From Aliarcobacter sp. (lineage in GTDB: Bacteria; Campylobacterota; Campylobacteria; Campylobacterales; Arcobacteraceae), in assembly GCA_028681275.1 (NCBI GenBank), contig JAQUIV010000001.1:880-64879 (forward strand): a DNA stretch of 64,000 nucleotides. The letters run 5' to 3'. Made by a program: the position numbers and the translations under genes. This document shows positions 37,409 to 45,770 of this stretch, piece by piece (position 1 is the stretch's first letter; the number at the start of each line of letters is the position of its first letter). The notes under the pieces were generated by a model. That model was not told the DNA's origin, made no database searches, and worked only from the letters and a program-made list of their open reading frames with translations.

Positions 37409-37447
37409 TTACCCCCCCTTTTTATAGGAGGGTTAATTTCTTAAAAT
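37409..37447 (+). promoter_or_regulatory. Putative late promoter 3 (likely leaderless transcript)
   Basis: TTACCCCCCCTTTTTATA-15 bp-TAAAAT, 6 nt before ATG 37454, no Shine-Dalgarno. Confidence 0.75.
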
Positions 37448-37453
37448 AAGCCT

Positions 37454-37975
37454 ATGAAAAAAGTAATAGGCAATATAAAAAATCTTATCAATGATTATAC
37501 AGGAACTATAACATTTATTTTATATAATAAATATGGGATTCCTATACCAAATACTACAAATAAGCAAATAACTAATATTGAAGTAACAATAAATCAAGAT
37601 GGAACTTTTGAAACTTTTCTTTTAAATAGAAAAGAAGATAAAAGTGATGGTTCTTATTACCAAATAAAACTTAATAGTTCTCCTGAAAAAATACTACCTT
37701 TAAAAATCTATACTCATGTAATTGTTGAAAATATAAATATTCTTCAAACAAATAATAAAACAGAAATTTTAAAAAACTTATTTGAAAGAAATACAAGAGA
37801 TAACAGTATTGTTTTTGATTCAAAAGCTATAGAAACTATTGATAAATTTTTAGAAAAAAATGAAGTATTTTTAAATCCTGATGAAAATAAATTAATTAAT
37901 TTATATTGCAAATTTGCTGATGGTGAAATCGAGAGTGAAGTATTAAATATGTTAGATATTGAATTAGGAAAATAG
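37454..37975 (+). CDS. Tail-associated hypothetical protein
   Basis: First gene of tail fibre/lysis operon. Confidence 0.65.
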   Translation: MKKVIGNIKNLINDYTGTITFILYNKYGIPIPNTTNKQITNIEVTINQDGTFETFLLNRKEDKSDGSYYQIKLNSSPEKILPLKIYTHVIVENINILQTNNKTEILKNLFERNTRDNSIVFDSKAIETIDKFLEKNEVFLNPDENKLINLYCKFADGEIESEVLNMLDIELGK

Positions 37976-37983
37976 GAGAAAAT

Positions 37984-40320
37984 ATGGAAGAAAAATTAAT
38001 TGGTTTTAGAGATAAAATTAGTGCGATATATAATAAGTTAAGTGCAATAGATACTGCAAATAATTTATATGATAAAGAATTAGTTGTTGCTCTTGAAGAA
38101 TTAAAAGATTTAAATATTGCTTCAATTACAGAAGACTTCAAAAAAGGAAATTATTTAGGTAATAGAAAAATAGATATTGACCTTAGTCTAAATAATAATA
38201 GCACAACAAGTGTTCCTACTTACCAAAAAGTAAATATTATTTTAGTTGATGGTACTGTACTTGAAATGCCTTTTGATAATGGTTCTGGTGGTATTATAGA
38301 GTTTTCTTCTCATGGTGATATTAAAAATTTTATTGTAAATCATCCATATTATGAATTAGTTGATGATACAGAAATTGTTTTATTAGAAGCTTTTGCAGAT
38401 ACTCCAGCAATGATAAGATTTAGAGATGCAGATGGTAAATCATCAAACATTGAGAGAGTAGAACTTTTTGTTTACAACGGAGTGGTAAAAGAGCCTAAAG
38501 TAAATTACTTTTGGGCAAAAACAACAAGTGCATTACAAACATTAGCTAATAGAATTGGAGATATTATCAAACTTGGTAATAATTTTGATCCTATGGTAAA
38601 ACTATCTGATAAAACAGATGAACTTGTAGTATTACAAACTAAAATTCCAGAATTAATGGTTTTATACACAAACTTAAATGAATTATTAGCAACAAAAGAT
38701 GATGCTTTAGCAGCTTCACAAAGTGCAGAATATGCATTTGGAAAAGCATTAATAGCAGAAGAAGCAGCAGAATTAGCAACTCAAAAAGCACTTGTTGCAT
38801 CACAAAGTGCTGAAACAGCTACTCAAAAATTAAATCAAATCCAAAGTATAACAGTACAAGGTCAAACTTTACAAGCAGGACAATCCGTATCTGTTCAATA
38901 TAATCAACTTACAAATAAATTCACTTTTGCAATCCCACAAGGATTAAAAGGAGATAAAGGGGATTCATTTACAGTTAATTCTATTGGTACATATGCACAA
39001 AGAGCTTTATATGATAATCAAGTAACGGGTTATTCTTTTCTTGCATTTGATGTTGTAGTAGATGGCTCAACTATTCCTCATATCTATTTTAAGAAAAGTG
39101 CAACTGCTGGAGATTGGTCGTTTGGTGTTCCTTTTGGTCGTGGTGAAAAAGGAGAAAAAGGTGATGCTGGAATAGGTGTTGTATCAATTGCTAGAACTTC
39201 TGGTAATGGAACAGCTGGGCAAACTGATATTTATACAATTACATTAAGTGATAGTAATACACACGAATTTAGTGTATATAATGGAAAAGATAGTGATATT
39301 AATTCAAGTGATTTAATAGCATTACAAAATAATTTACTAATTACTATAAATCAAAAGCTAAATATTTCCGATGTTGTAAATAATTTAACATCATCTTTTA
39401 CAGATAAAGCATTAAGTGCAGCACAAGGAAAAGTATTAAAAGATTTAATTGATAGTATTAATACTCTTTTATCTAGTGATGATATGACTCTTGACCAAAT
39501 GCAAGAGATAGTAAATTATATTAAACAAAATAAAGCAGACTTACAAAATCTTGATTTATCAAATATTGCTGAAACATTAACTTTAAAACATTTCACTGCA
39601 ACATTAAAAACTAAATTAGATGGTATTGCAACTGGTGCAAATCTTTATACACATCCTATTGGTGATGGAAATTTACATATACCAGCAAATGGAACAGTAA
39701 ATAATGGGAAATTCTTAAAATCTGGAGCAACAGCAGGAAGTTACAGTTGGGCAGATATTCCAGCTACAACTTTAGCTACTCTTGGAGTTACTGCAACAGC
39801 TGCTGAATTAAATAAACTTGATGGTGCAACAGTTACAACTGCTGAATTAAATATACTTGATGGATGTTTAATAACAGTTGCTCAATTGAATTATTTAAGT
39901 GCTTTAAGTGGAAATGTACAAACTCAATTAAATGCAAAAGCACCTTTAGCAAGTCCAGCTTTAACTGGTACTCCAACAGCACCAACACCTGCTGCTAGTG
40001 ATAATACTACAAAACTTGCAACTACTGCATTTGTTATGGCTAATGTTGCGAATGCTAATGCAGCTTTAGCCATAGGAGCAGTAGGAAGTGTTGCTTTTTT
40101 ATCAAAAATGACTTCTGGTGGTTCAATTGCAGCAGGTGAAACATTATCTGGAGCTAGTTTAAGATATGCGGGTATTTCAATTGCTGGAACATCAGCTTCA
40201 TATTCTGTATCTGGAGGGCAAAGTGCTTCTGGTTTAGCTGGTACATGGAAAGCTCTTGGGTATTGTAAATCATATGCTGCGAACTGGTATCCATCTACTA
40301 TGTGGCTAAGAATTGCATAA
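37984..40320 (+). CDS. Tail fibre protein
   Basis: Collagen-like GEKGEKGDAG, ALSAAQGKVLKD, AELNxLDG repeats, KAPLASPALTGTPTAPT. Confidence 0.9.
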   Translation: MEEKLIGFRDKISAIYNKLSAIDTANNLYDKELVVALEELKDLNIASITEDFKKGNYLGNRKIDIDLSLNNNSTTSVPTYQKVNIILVDGTVLEMPFDNGSGGIIEFSSHGDIKNFIVNHPYYELVDDTEIVLLEAFADTPAMIRFRDADGKSSNIERVELFVYNGVVKEPKVNYFWAKTTSALQTLANRIGDIIKLGNNFDPMVKLSDKTDELVVLQTKIPELMVLYTNLNELLATKDDALAASQSAEYAFGKALIAEEAAELATQKALVASQSAETATQKLNQIQSITVQGQTLQAGQSVSVQYNQLTNKFTFAIPQGLKGDKGDSFTVNSIGTYAQRALYDNQVTGYSFLAFDVVVDGSTIPHIYFKKSATAGDWSFGVPFGRGEKGEKGDAGIGVVSIARTSGNGTAGQTDIYTITLSDSNTHEFSVYNGKDSDINSSDLIALQNNLLITINQKLNISDVVNNLTSSFTDKALSAAQGKVLKDLIDSINTLLSSDDMTLDQMQEIVNYIKQNKADLQNLDLSNIAETLTLKHFTATLKTKLDGIATGANLYTHPIGDGNLHIPANGTVNNGKFLKSGATAGSYSWADIPATTLATLGVTATAAELNKLDGATVTTAELNILDGCLITVAQLNYLSALSGNVQTQLNAKAPLASPALTGTPTAPTPAASDNTTKLATTAFVMANVANANAALAIGAVGSVAFLSKMTSGGSIAAGETLSGASLRYAGISIAGTSASYSVSGGQSASGLAGTWKALGYCKSYAANWYPSTMWLRIA

Positions 40321-40332
40321 AAGGAAATAAAA

Positions 40333-40803
40333 ATGAATTTTACAAATGTTAAAGATATAAAGTATGTAACAGAGGATAAATCTTTTATAGATTTATTAGC
40401 TACTTGCATAGAATTTGGTGAAATACCAATGACATTAAATTTAGTTGATACGGAAGATTTGCATATGTTTGCAACTGGCACTTTTGATGAAAAAGATAAA
40501 GAAATTCTTATACCTCTTGAAGAGTATTGTAAAAAGCAAAAAATAGCACCATATATTATACCAGAGCAAGTTGTAGTAATACCTACTTCAATTACAAGAC
40601 TTCAAGCTAAATTACAATTATCTAAAATTGGTAAATTTAGTCAAGTAGAAGCTCTTATGCAAGAAAATGAGAAAGCAAGAATATATTGGAATGATGCTGA
40701 TAACTTTTATAGAAATGATGCAATCCTTTTGAATATGGCAAAAGCTCTTGGATTAACTGATACACAACTTGATGATTTGTTTTTACAAGCGAGTAAATTA
40801 TGA
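40333..40803 (+). CDS. Tail fibre assembly/associated protein
   Basis: SITRLQAKLQL...LGLTDTQLDDLFLQASKL. Confidence 0.7.
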   Translation: MNFTNVKDIKYVTEDKSFIDLLATCIEFGEIPMTLNLVDTEDLHMFATGTFDEKDKEILIPLEEYCKKQKIAPYIIPEQVVVIPTSITRLQAKLQLSKIGKFSQVEALMQENEKARIYWNDADNFYRNDAILLNMAKALGLTDTQLDDLFLQASKL

Positions 40804-41153
40804 TAATTACATATCCAACTTTACAGCCGACAAAAACTAATAAATTTGTTTTAACAGAAGAGTATAGATACAAATGTATAAAAATACCTATTGGATATGA
40901 AACAAATGGAGCAGATATTCCTAGACCTTTTGGATTAATTATTCAACCATTTAGTCCTAAATATTTACCAGCTATTTTAGTGCATGATTTTTTGATTGAA
41001 AAAGCAACTAATAGTTTTGATATTTGTATTGCAAATGAATACTTTGAAGAGATGTTATTAATAATTGAAGATAGCTATAAAACTAAAATTATGATTATAG
41101 CTGTAAAGCTTTATTGGAAGTTTAAAATTAAATTTAAAAAAGGAAAAAAATGA
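40800..41153 (+). CDS. DUF1353-like protein
   Basis: IPIGYETNGADIPR...AILVHDFL. Confidence 0.75.
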   Translation: MIITYPTLQPTKTNKFVLTEEYRYKCIKIPIGYETNGADIPRPFGLIIQPFSPKYLPAILVHDFLIEKATNSFDICIANEYFEEMLLIIEDSYKTKIMIIAVKLYWKFKIKFKKGKK

Positions 41154-41632
41154 TTGAAACAACAACCGCAATAAAAATAGTTTGGAATACTTTTGTAATC
41201 CTTTTTAGTGGAATATTAGCTTATTTAGAAATTTCTCAAGAGCCTTTCACTTTATTTGCAATTCTTTTAGTTATCGATTACATAACTGGATTATGGAAAG
41301 CAAAAACTTTAGAGCATAGTATCACATCAAATAAAATGAAGTATGGACTTGTTTCTAAACTTTCTTTAATCATAGTTCCAATTGTTGTTGCAATGGGTGC
41401 AAAAGCTTTAGGAGCTGATAGTCATTATGTTTTAAACTCTGGAATGTATATCTTAATACTTAGTGAAGTTTATTCAATCATTGGAAATATCTACTCAACT
41501 AGAACTAAACAAGAGTTTCCAGAATATGATGCCCTAGCAGCTATTGGAAAATATATAAGAAATTTTTTAATGAGCAAAAATATACCAAGTTGCCCTATTT
41601 CTGTAAAAGAGGAGAATGAAAAAGATGCCTAG
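41150..41632 (+). CDS. Holin (phage holin family 4)
   Basis: TM helices, IDYITG, SNKMKYGLVSK, SEVYSIIGN. Confidence 0.85.
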   Translation: MIETTTAIKIVWNTFVILFSGILAYLEISQEPFTLFAILLVIDYITGLWKAKTLEHSITSNKMKYGLVSKLSLIIVPIVVAMGAKALGADSHYVLNSGMYILILSEVYSIIGNIYSTRTKQEFPEYDALAAIGKYIRNFLMSKNIPSCPISVKEENEKDA

Positions 41633-41957
41633 ATTATATATAGGAATTGCCCTGGTATTAATTGCTCTTGGGTGTGTAGCTTATGTGAATAATTTAAAGT
41701 CAGATTTAGCAGATGAAAAGAAGCTAAGAATAGATACAAAAACTGAACTTGATGAAGCAAATAAAAACAATAAGCTAATCATTGAAGCCTATGAGCAAAC
41801 TTTAGCAATTGAAAAAGAGATAGCAGCTCAAAAAGCTGTTACTACTGAACAAAAAGAAGTTGTAGTTACAAAGTACAAAACACTAACTAAAACAATTGAA
41901 AAAAGAGGAGAGATAAAACAAGATGAAAAAAGCAATTTTACTATCGTTACTTTTTAG
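41616..41957 (+). CDS. Inner-membrane spanin (Rz-like)
   Basis: N-terminal TM plus coiled coil in lysis cassette. Confidence 0.7.
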   Translation: MKKMPRLYIGIALVLIALGCVAYVNNLKSDLADEKKLRIDTKTELDEANKNNKLIIEAYEQTLAIEKEIAAQKAVTTEQKEVVVTKYKTLTKTIEKRGEIKQDEKSNFTIVTF

Positions 41958-42183
41958 TTGCGTTTTTATTGGATGCTCTCAAAAAGAGCAAATAGTTTTT
42001 AAAGAAAAAATCGTTTGTGTTGAACAACAAAAAGTTGAGAGAGTTCAACCTGTACAAATGAGAGTTTATAAAGATGATGTTGATGTAGCAGTTGCCTATA
42101 AAACTGCTATTGATTCAAATATAACTTTCTATGAAAATCAAGTGGATAGAAATAATACTTTTTGTAAAGAGGTAAGTAAATGA
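41923..42183 (+). CDS. Outer-membrane spanin lipoprotein (Rz1-like)
   Basis: Lipobox FIGC; overlaps previous gene. Confidence 0.7.
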   Translation: MKKAILLSLLFSCVFIGCSQKEQIVFKEKIVCVEQQKVERVQPVQMRVYKDDVDVAVAYKTAIDSNITFYENQVDRNNTFCKEVSK

Positions 42184-42752
42184 AATCAGTAGCTCAAGCA
42201 ATAGAAATAGGTGTAAAAACTTACTTAGATGAATATGAAGATGCAATTAATGTATTATGGAAACACAATATTCAAATAACCCCAGAGATTAATGTTGCAT
42301 CTTTTTTAATAGCTCAAGCAGTTCAAGAAAGTAGATTTGATGCAAAAGCTGTAAGTCCAGCTGGTGCAGTTGGAATTGCTCAATTTATGACTCCTACTGC
42401 AAAACAAATTGGTGATGAACTAAAAACAAAACTAGCATTATTTAAAGATGGATTTGATAGAGAAAATCCCATCCAAAGTATTTGGGCTCAAGTATATTAT
42501 ATGAATAAATTATTTAAAACTTGGGATTTAGGAAGAGTTGAAGTTGAAAGATTTAAACTCGCCCTTGCTTCATATAATGCAGGAACTGGAAATATTCTAC
42601 AAGCCCAAAAGGTAAGTGGTAATAAAAAGTTTTGGAATGAAATAAAACTTTCTCTATCTTCTGTTACAGGAGAGAATAGTAAAGAAACAATTGGTTATGT
42701 TGATAATATTATGAAATATGCTGTTGATGTAGATAAATTTAGAGTTTTATAA
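42180..42752 (+). CDS. Endolysin, SLT lytic transglycosylase
   Basis: QESRF..AVSPAGAVGIAQFM, ALASYNAG, ETIGYV. Confidence 0.9.
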   Translation: MKSVAQAIEIGVKTYLDEYEDAINVLWKHNIQITPEINVASFLIAQAVQESRFDAKAVSPAGAVGIAQFMTPTAKQIGDELKTKLALFKDGFDRENPIQSIWAQVYYMNKLFKTWDLGRVEVERFKLALASYNAGTGNILQAQKVSGNKKFWNEIKLSLSSVTGENSKETIGYVDNIMKYAVDVDKFRVL

Positions 42753-42805
42753 TTCATCTAAATTTCGCTAGCGAAAACGGAATAACATAAAAATACTTCT
42801 TTATT

Positions 42806-42873
42806 AACGGATTAACGCAACTTTAAGTTTTATTTGTTTATACTGCTAACATATATTTTACGGAGTTACGCAA
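42806..42873 (+). promoter_or_regulatory. Double operator plus promoter of xis-int
   Basis: AACGGATTAACGCAA 42806, TTAAGTT-9bp-TATACT, TACGGAGTTACGCAA 42859 over the RBS. Confidence 0.8.
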
Positions 42874-43134
42874 ATGAGTGTTAATAGTATGGAAGAAACT
42901 AATCAACAACTTTTATTAGAAATCTTAAATAAACTAAATAACTTGGAATTATTAATTCCAAGTGAAGTTTCTTTATCTGATTTAGCTAATAGCTGCAACA
43001 AAGAAAATAATACTGTAAGAAAATATATAATTGCTAATTATGAGCCTGAGAAAGACTTTTATAAAAAAGGTGGTAAAATATTTGTAGGGAAAGAGGTAGC
43101 TTTTGATGTAAGGAAACACTATGTCAAGGGTTAA
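42874..43134 (+). CDS. Probable excisionase / recombination directionality factor
   Basis: Small winged-HTH-like protein overlapping the integrase start. Confidence 0.55.
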   Translation: MSVNSMEETNQQLLLEILNKLNNLELLIPSEVSLSDLANSCNKENNTVRKYIIANYEPEKDFYKKGGKIFVGKEVAFDVRKHYVKG

Positions 43135-44242
43135 AGGAAAGGGTTGGTTTGTAAATGAGTGTGATGTTATCTATGTTCAAGGTACTATTAACGGTAAATT
43201 TACAAGAAAATCTACAGGGAAAAAAGCAACAGCATTAAATCTAGCATGGATTAAAAAGAATGCTAGTCAAGTACTTTTACAACTTAATGTTAAAGAAGAT
43301 GAAGCTAAAAAAATAAAAAGTGAACCTTTTATGTCTGATTTTTGTAATGAAGTTCTTGAGCTTACAGCAAATAAAAGAAGTAAAAAGGCACAGGATGATT
43401 ATAAATCTAAAGTAAAAAACTATATTGAACCTTATTTTAAGAATTTCAGAATTAGTGATGTTTTACCTATGAATATAGAATCATTTCAAAATAAGTTATT
43501 AGAAAAACTATCATCTTCAACTGTTCATAAATGTCGAGTTATTATTAATCTAACTTTTAAAAAAGCTTATGCAAATAGACTTATTGAGCATAATCCAGCT
43601 TTGAGTGCAGACCCAGTTGAAGTTACAAATGAAAAAAGACAATCATACTCTATTGAAGAAGCTCAAGAGCTTTTACAAAAGGCTGATGGTTGGTTAAAAC
43701 TTTTTTTACTTTTAGCTTTTACAACTGGTATGAGAACTGGTGAGCTTATGGCTTTAAAATGGGAAGATATTAATTTAGAAGAGGGTTATATTTTTGTTCA
43801 AAGAACTATTAGTGATGAAGATGAAGAAGTAACCAGAGTATCTGAAAATAAAAATCATAATCGTGTAGTAGAATTAGTAAAAGATGCTATTTATGCACTT
43901 GCTCATTATCATATGAATAGACCTGATGATGAATGGTTATTTGTTTCTAAATATGGAACTCCATTTAAAAAGAGCAGACATATTATTGATTCTCATTTTA
44001 AACCACTATTGATGAAAACTTGTATTCCATATAAAACATTATATGCTACAAGACATACATTTACATCTATGATGATAAATGGAGGTTTTGATAGAACTTG
44101 GGTTAAACAACAATTAGGTCATAGTGCAAATAGTAATGTAATGGAAAAACACTATTTTAACTATGAAAGAAATAATGTAAGACTTGAAGCTGTAAACAAC
44201 TTCTTTAATTACAATATTATTCAAGAAAAAAAGAACGGTTAG
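43121..44242 (+). CDS. int: Tyrosine integrase
   Basis: TGMRTGEL, YATRHTF, QLGH, KHY catalytic residues; next to tRNA. Confidence 0.95.
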   Translation: MSRVKGKGWFVNECDVIYVQGTINGKFTRKSTGKKATALNLAWIKKNASQVLLQLNVKEDEAKKIKSEPFMSDFCNEVLELTANKRSKKAQDDYKSKVKNYIEPYFKNFRISDVLPMNIESFQNKLLEKLSSSTVHKCRVIINLTFKKAYANRLIEHNPALSADPVEVTNEKRQSYSIEEAQELLQKADGWLKLFLLLAFTTGMRTGELMALKWEDINLEEGYIFVQRTISDEDEEVTRVSENKNHNRVVELVKDAIYALAHYHMNRPDDEWLFVSKYGTPFKKSRHIIDSHFKPLLMKTCIPYKTLYATRHTFTSMMINGGFDRTWVKQQLGHSANSNVMEKHYFNYERNNVRLEAVNNFFNYNIIQEKKNG

Positions 44243-44287
44243 AAGATGAAAAATATCGTAATATTTACTTTAATTTATAATAATGAA

Positions 44288-44320
44288 ACTGCTGAATTAT
44301 TGCCGAATAATTGCCGAGTA
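44288..44320 (+). repeat. Three 11-bp direct repeats, putative integrase arm-type sites
   Basis: ACTGCTGAATT ATTGCCGAATA ATTGCCGAGTA, about 60 bp from the tRNA 3' end. Confidence 0.7.
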
Positions 44321-44381
44321 ATAAATTTGAATGTTTTAAATAATGATTGTAGATTAGATAGAGATTGCGATATTATAGTAG

Positions 44382-44466
44382 TGGTGCGGATGAGAAGACT
44401 CGAACTTCCACACCGTGAGGCACCAGATCCTAAGTCTGGCGTGTCTACCAATTTCACCACATCCGC
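44382..44466 (-). tRNA. tRNA-Leu(TAG); prophage attachment site
   Basis: GCGGATG...CCAGA CT TAG GA TCTGG...TTCGAGT...CATCCGCACCA, long variable arm. Confidence 0.97.
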
Positions 44467-44514
44467 ATTAAAATTTTTCAAAAAAAGATTTAGTTGGTAA
44501 GCTAAACCAAAAAG

Positions 44515-44591
<77 letters not shown>

Positions 44592-44602
44592 ACTTAAAAA
44601 TA

Positions 44603-44680
44603 TGGGGTAGATAATGGGGCTCGAACCCACGACCCTCGGAACCACAACCCGATGCTCTAACCGACTGAGCTATATCTACC
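44603..44680 (-). tRNA. tRNA-His(GTG)
   Basis: TCGGG TT GTG GT TCCGA, G-1, CCA end. Confidence 0.97.
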
Positions 44681-44702
44681 ATAAGATTTAATTTTAATTA
44701 AA

Positions 44703-44780
44703 TGGTCGGGGCGAGAGGATTCGAACCTCCGGCCCCCTGGTCCCAAACCAGGTGCGCTAACCAGACTGCGCTACGCCCCG
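44703..44780 (-). tRNA. tRNA-Pro(TGG)
   Basis: CGGGGCG acceptor, TT TGG GA loop, CCA end. Confidence 0.97.
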
Positions 44781-44818
44781 ACAAAAATATTTTTGAAGTT
44801 TCACAAAAAGTGGACGGA

Positions 44819-44847
44819 ATTATATTAAGTTTTAGAGAGTTTGTCAA
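44819..44847 (-). promoter_or_regulatory. Sigma70 promoter of the tRNA operon
   Basis: TTGACA-17 bp-TATAAT on minus strand. Confidence 0.85.
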
Positions 44848-44895
44848 GTGTTTTTTGAAGAAATTCCAAAATCTTTTGAAATTTCTTTAAATTTA

Positions 44896-45675
44896 TCAAA
44901 ATTGGATTAATCCATCAATCGGTGAACTAGCTGTTGCATAAGGTTTTTTAGGGATTCTTCCTGCTTTATAACCCATTCTTCCAGCAATAACTGCATATTT
45001 CATAGCTTCTGCCATTTGTATTGGGTTTGTTGCACATGCAATTGCTGTATTAGTTAAAACAGCTTCTGCTCCTAATTCCATTGCAATAGCAGCATCTGAA
45101 GCACATCCAACTCCAGCATCTACAATAACAGGAACTTTTACTGCATCTCTTATAAATGCAATATTATATCTATTTTGAATTCCAAGTCCTGAACCTATTG
45201 GTGCAGCTAGTGGCATAATTGCATCAGCTCCTGCATCTTCTAATCTTTTTGCAATAATTGGATCATCACTTGTATAAGCCATTATTGTAAATCCATCTTT
45301 TTTTAGAATTTCACAAGCTTTGATTGTTTCTATTACATCTGGATAAAGTGTTTTTTGAGCATCACCAATAACTTCAAGTTTAATAATATCAATTCCTGTT
45401 GCTTCTCTCATTAATCTAAAAGTTGTAATTGCTTCTTCTGCAGTGAAACACCCTGCACTATTTGGTAAAAGTTTTACATTTGTATCTTTAAAATAATCTA
45501 ATAAATTCTCTTCATTTGGATTCATTATATTTACTCTTCTGATTGCAACTGTGATTAATTCACTTCCACTTGCTATTGTTGCATCTTTTGTTGTTTGGAA
45601 ATCTTTATATTTACCACTTCCAACGATTAATCTGCTATTAAATTCATATTTACCTATTTTTAAAATATCGCTCAT
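44896..45675 (-). CDS. thiG: Thiazole synthase
   Basis: [30 protein letters not shown]. Confidence 0.97.
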   Translation of the reverse strand: MSDILKIGKYEFNSRLIVGSGKYKDFQTTKDATIASGSELITVAIRRVNIMNPNEENLLDYFKDTNVKLLPNSAGCFTAEEAITTFRLMREATGIDIIKLEVIGDAQKTLYPDVIETIKACEILKKDGFTIMAYTSDDPIIAKRLEDAGADAIMPLAAPIGSGLGIQNRYNIAFIRDAVKVPVIVDAGVGCASDAAIAMELGAEAVLTNTAIACATNPIQMAEAMKYAVIAGRMGYKAGRIPKKPYATASSPIDGLIQF

Positions 45676-45770
45676 ATTTTATTTTCTCCTATAAAATTTA
45701 TATTTTTTTGTATCTATCTAATTGAATAATTTCGGGCAAATCATAACTATGTAATTCTTTTATTTCGCTT

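Larger units (their letters stand above)
1..44381. mobile_element. Integrated temperate prophage (podovirus-like, with ParAB and ArdC); left end outside window
   Basis: Primase, helicase, CI/Cro, terminase, portal, capsid, tail fibre, lysis genes and a tyrosine integrase abutting the 3' end of tRNA-Leu; housekeeping genes resume after the tRNA cluster. Confidence 0.95.

Noticed and set aside
7227-37418. C7 tracts as phase-variable homopolymers
   Set aside because: All three have the same length, flanks and spacing to the -10, which fits a protein-binding site; 7 is short for slippage.
37984-40803. Diversity-generating retroelement or tail-fibre shufflon
   Set aside because: No reverse transcriptase, invertase, template repeat or alternative fibre tips seen.
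17435-42873. Repeated 15-mers and 14-mers as a CRISPR or mini-array
   Set aside because: Dispersed, no regular spacers, no cas genes; they sit at promoters or inside genes.
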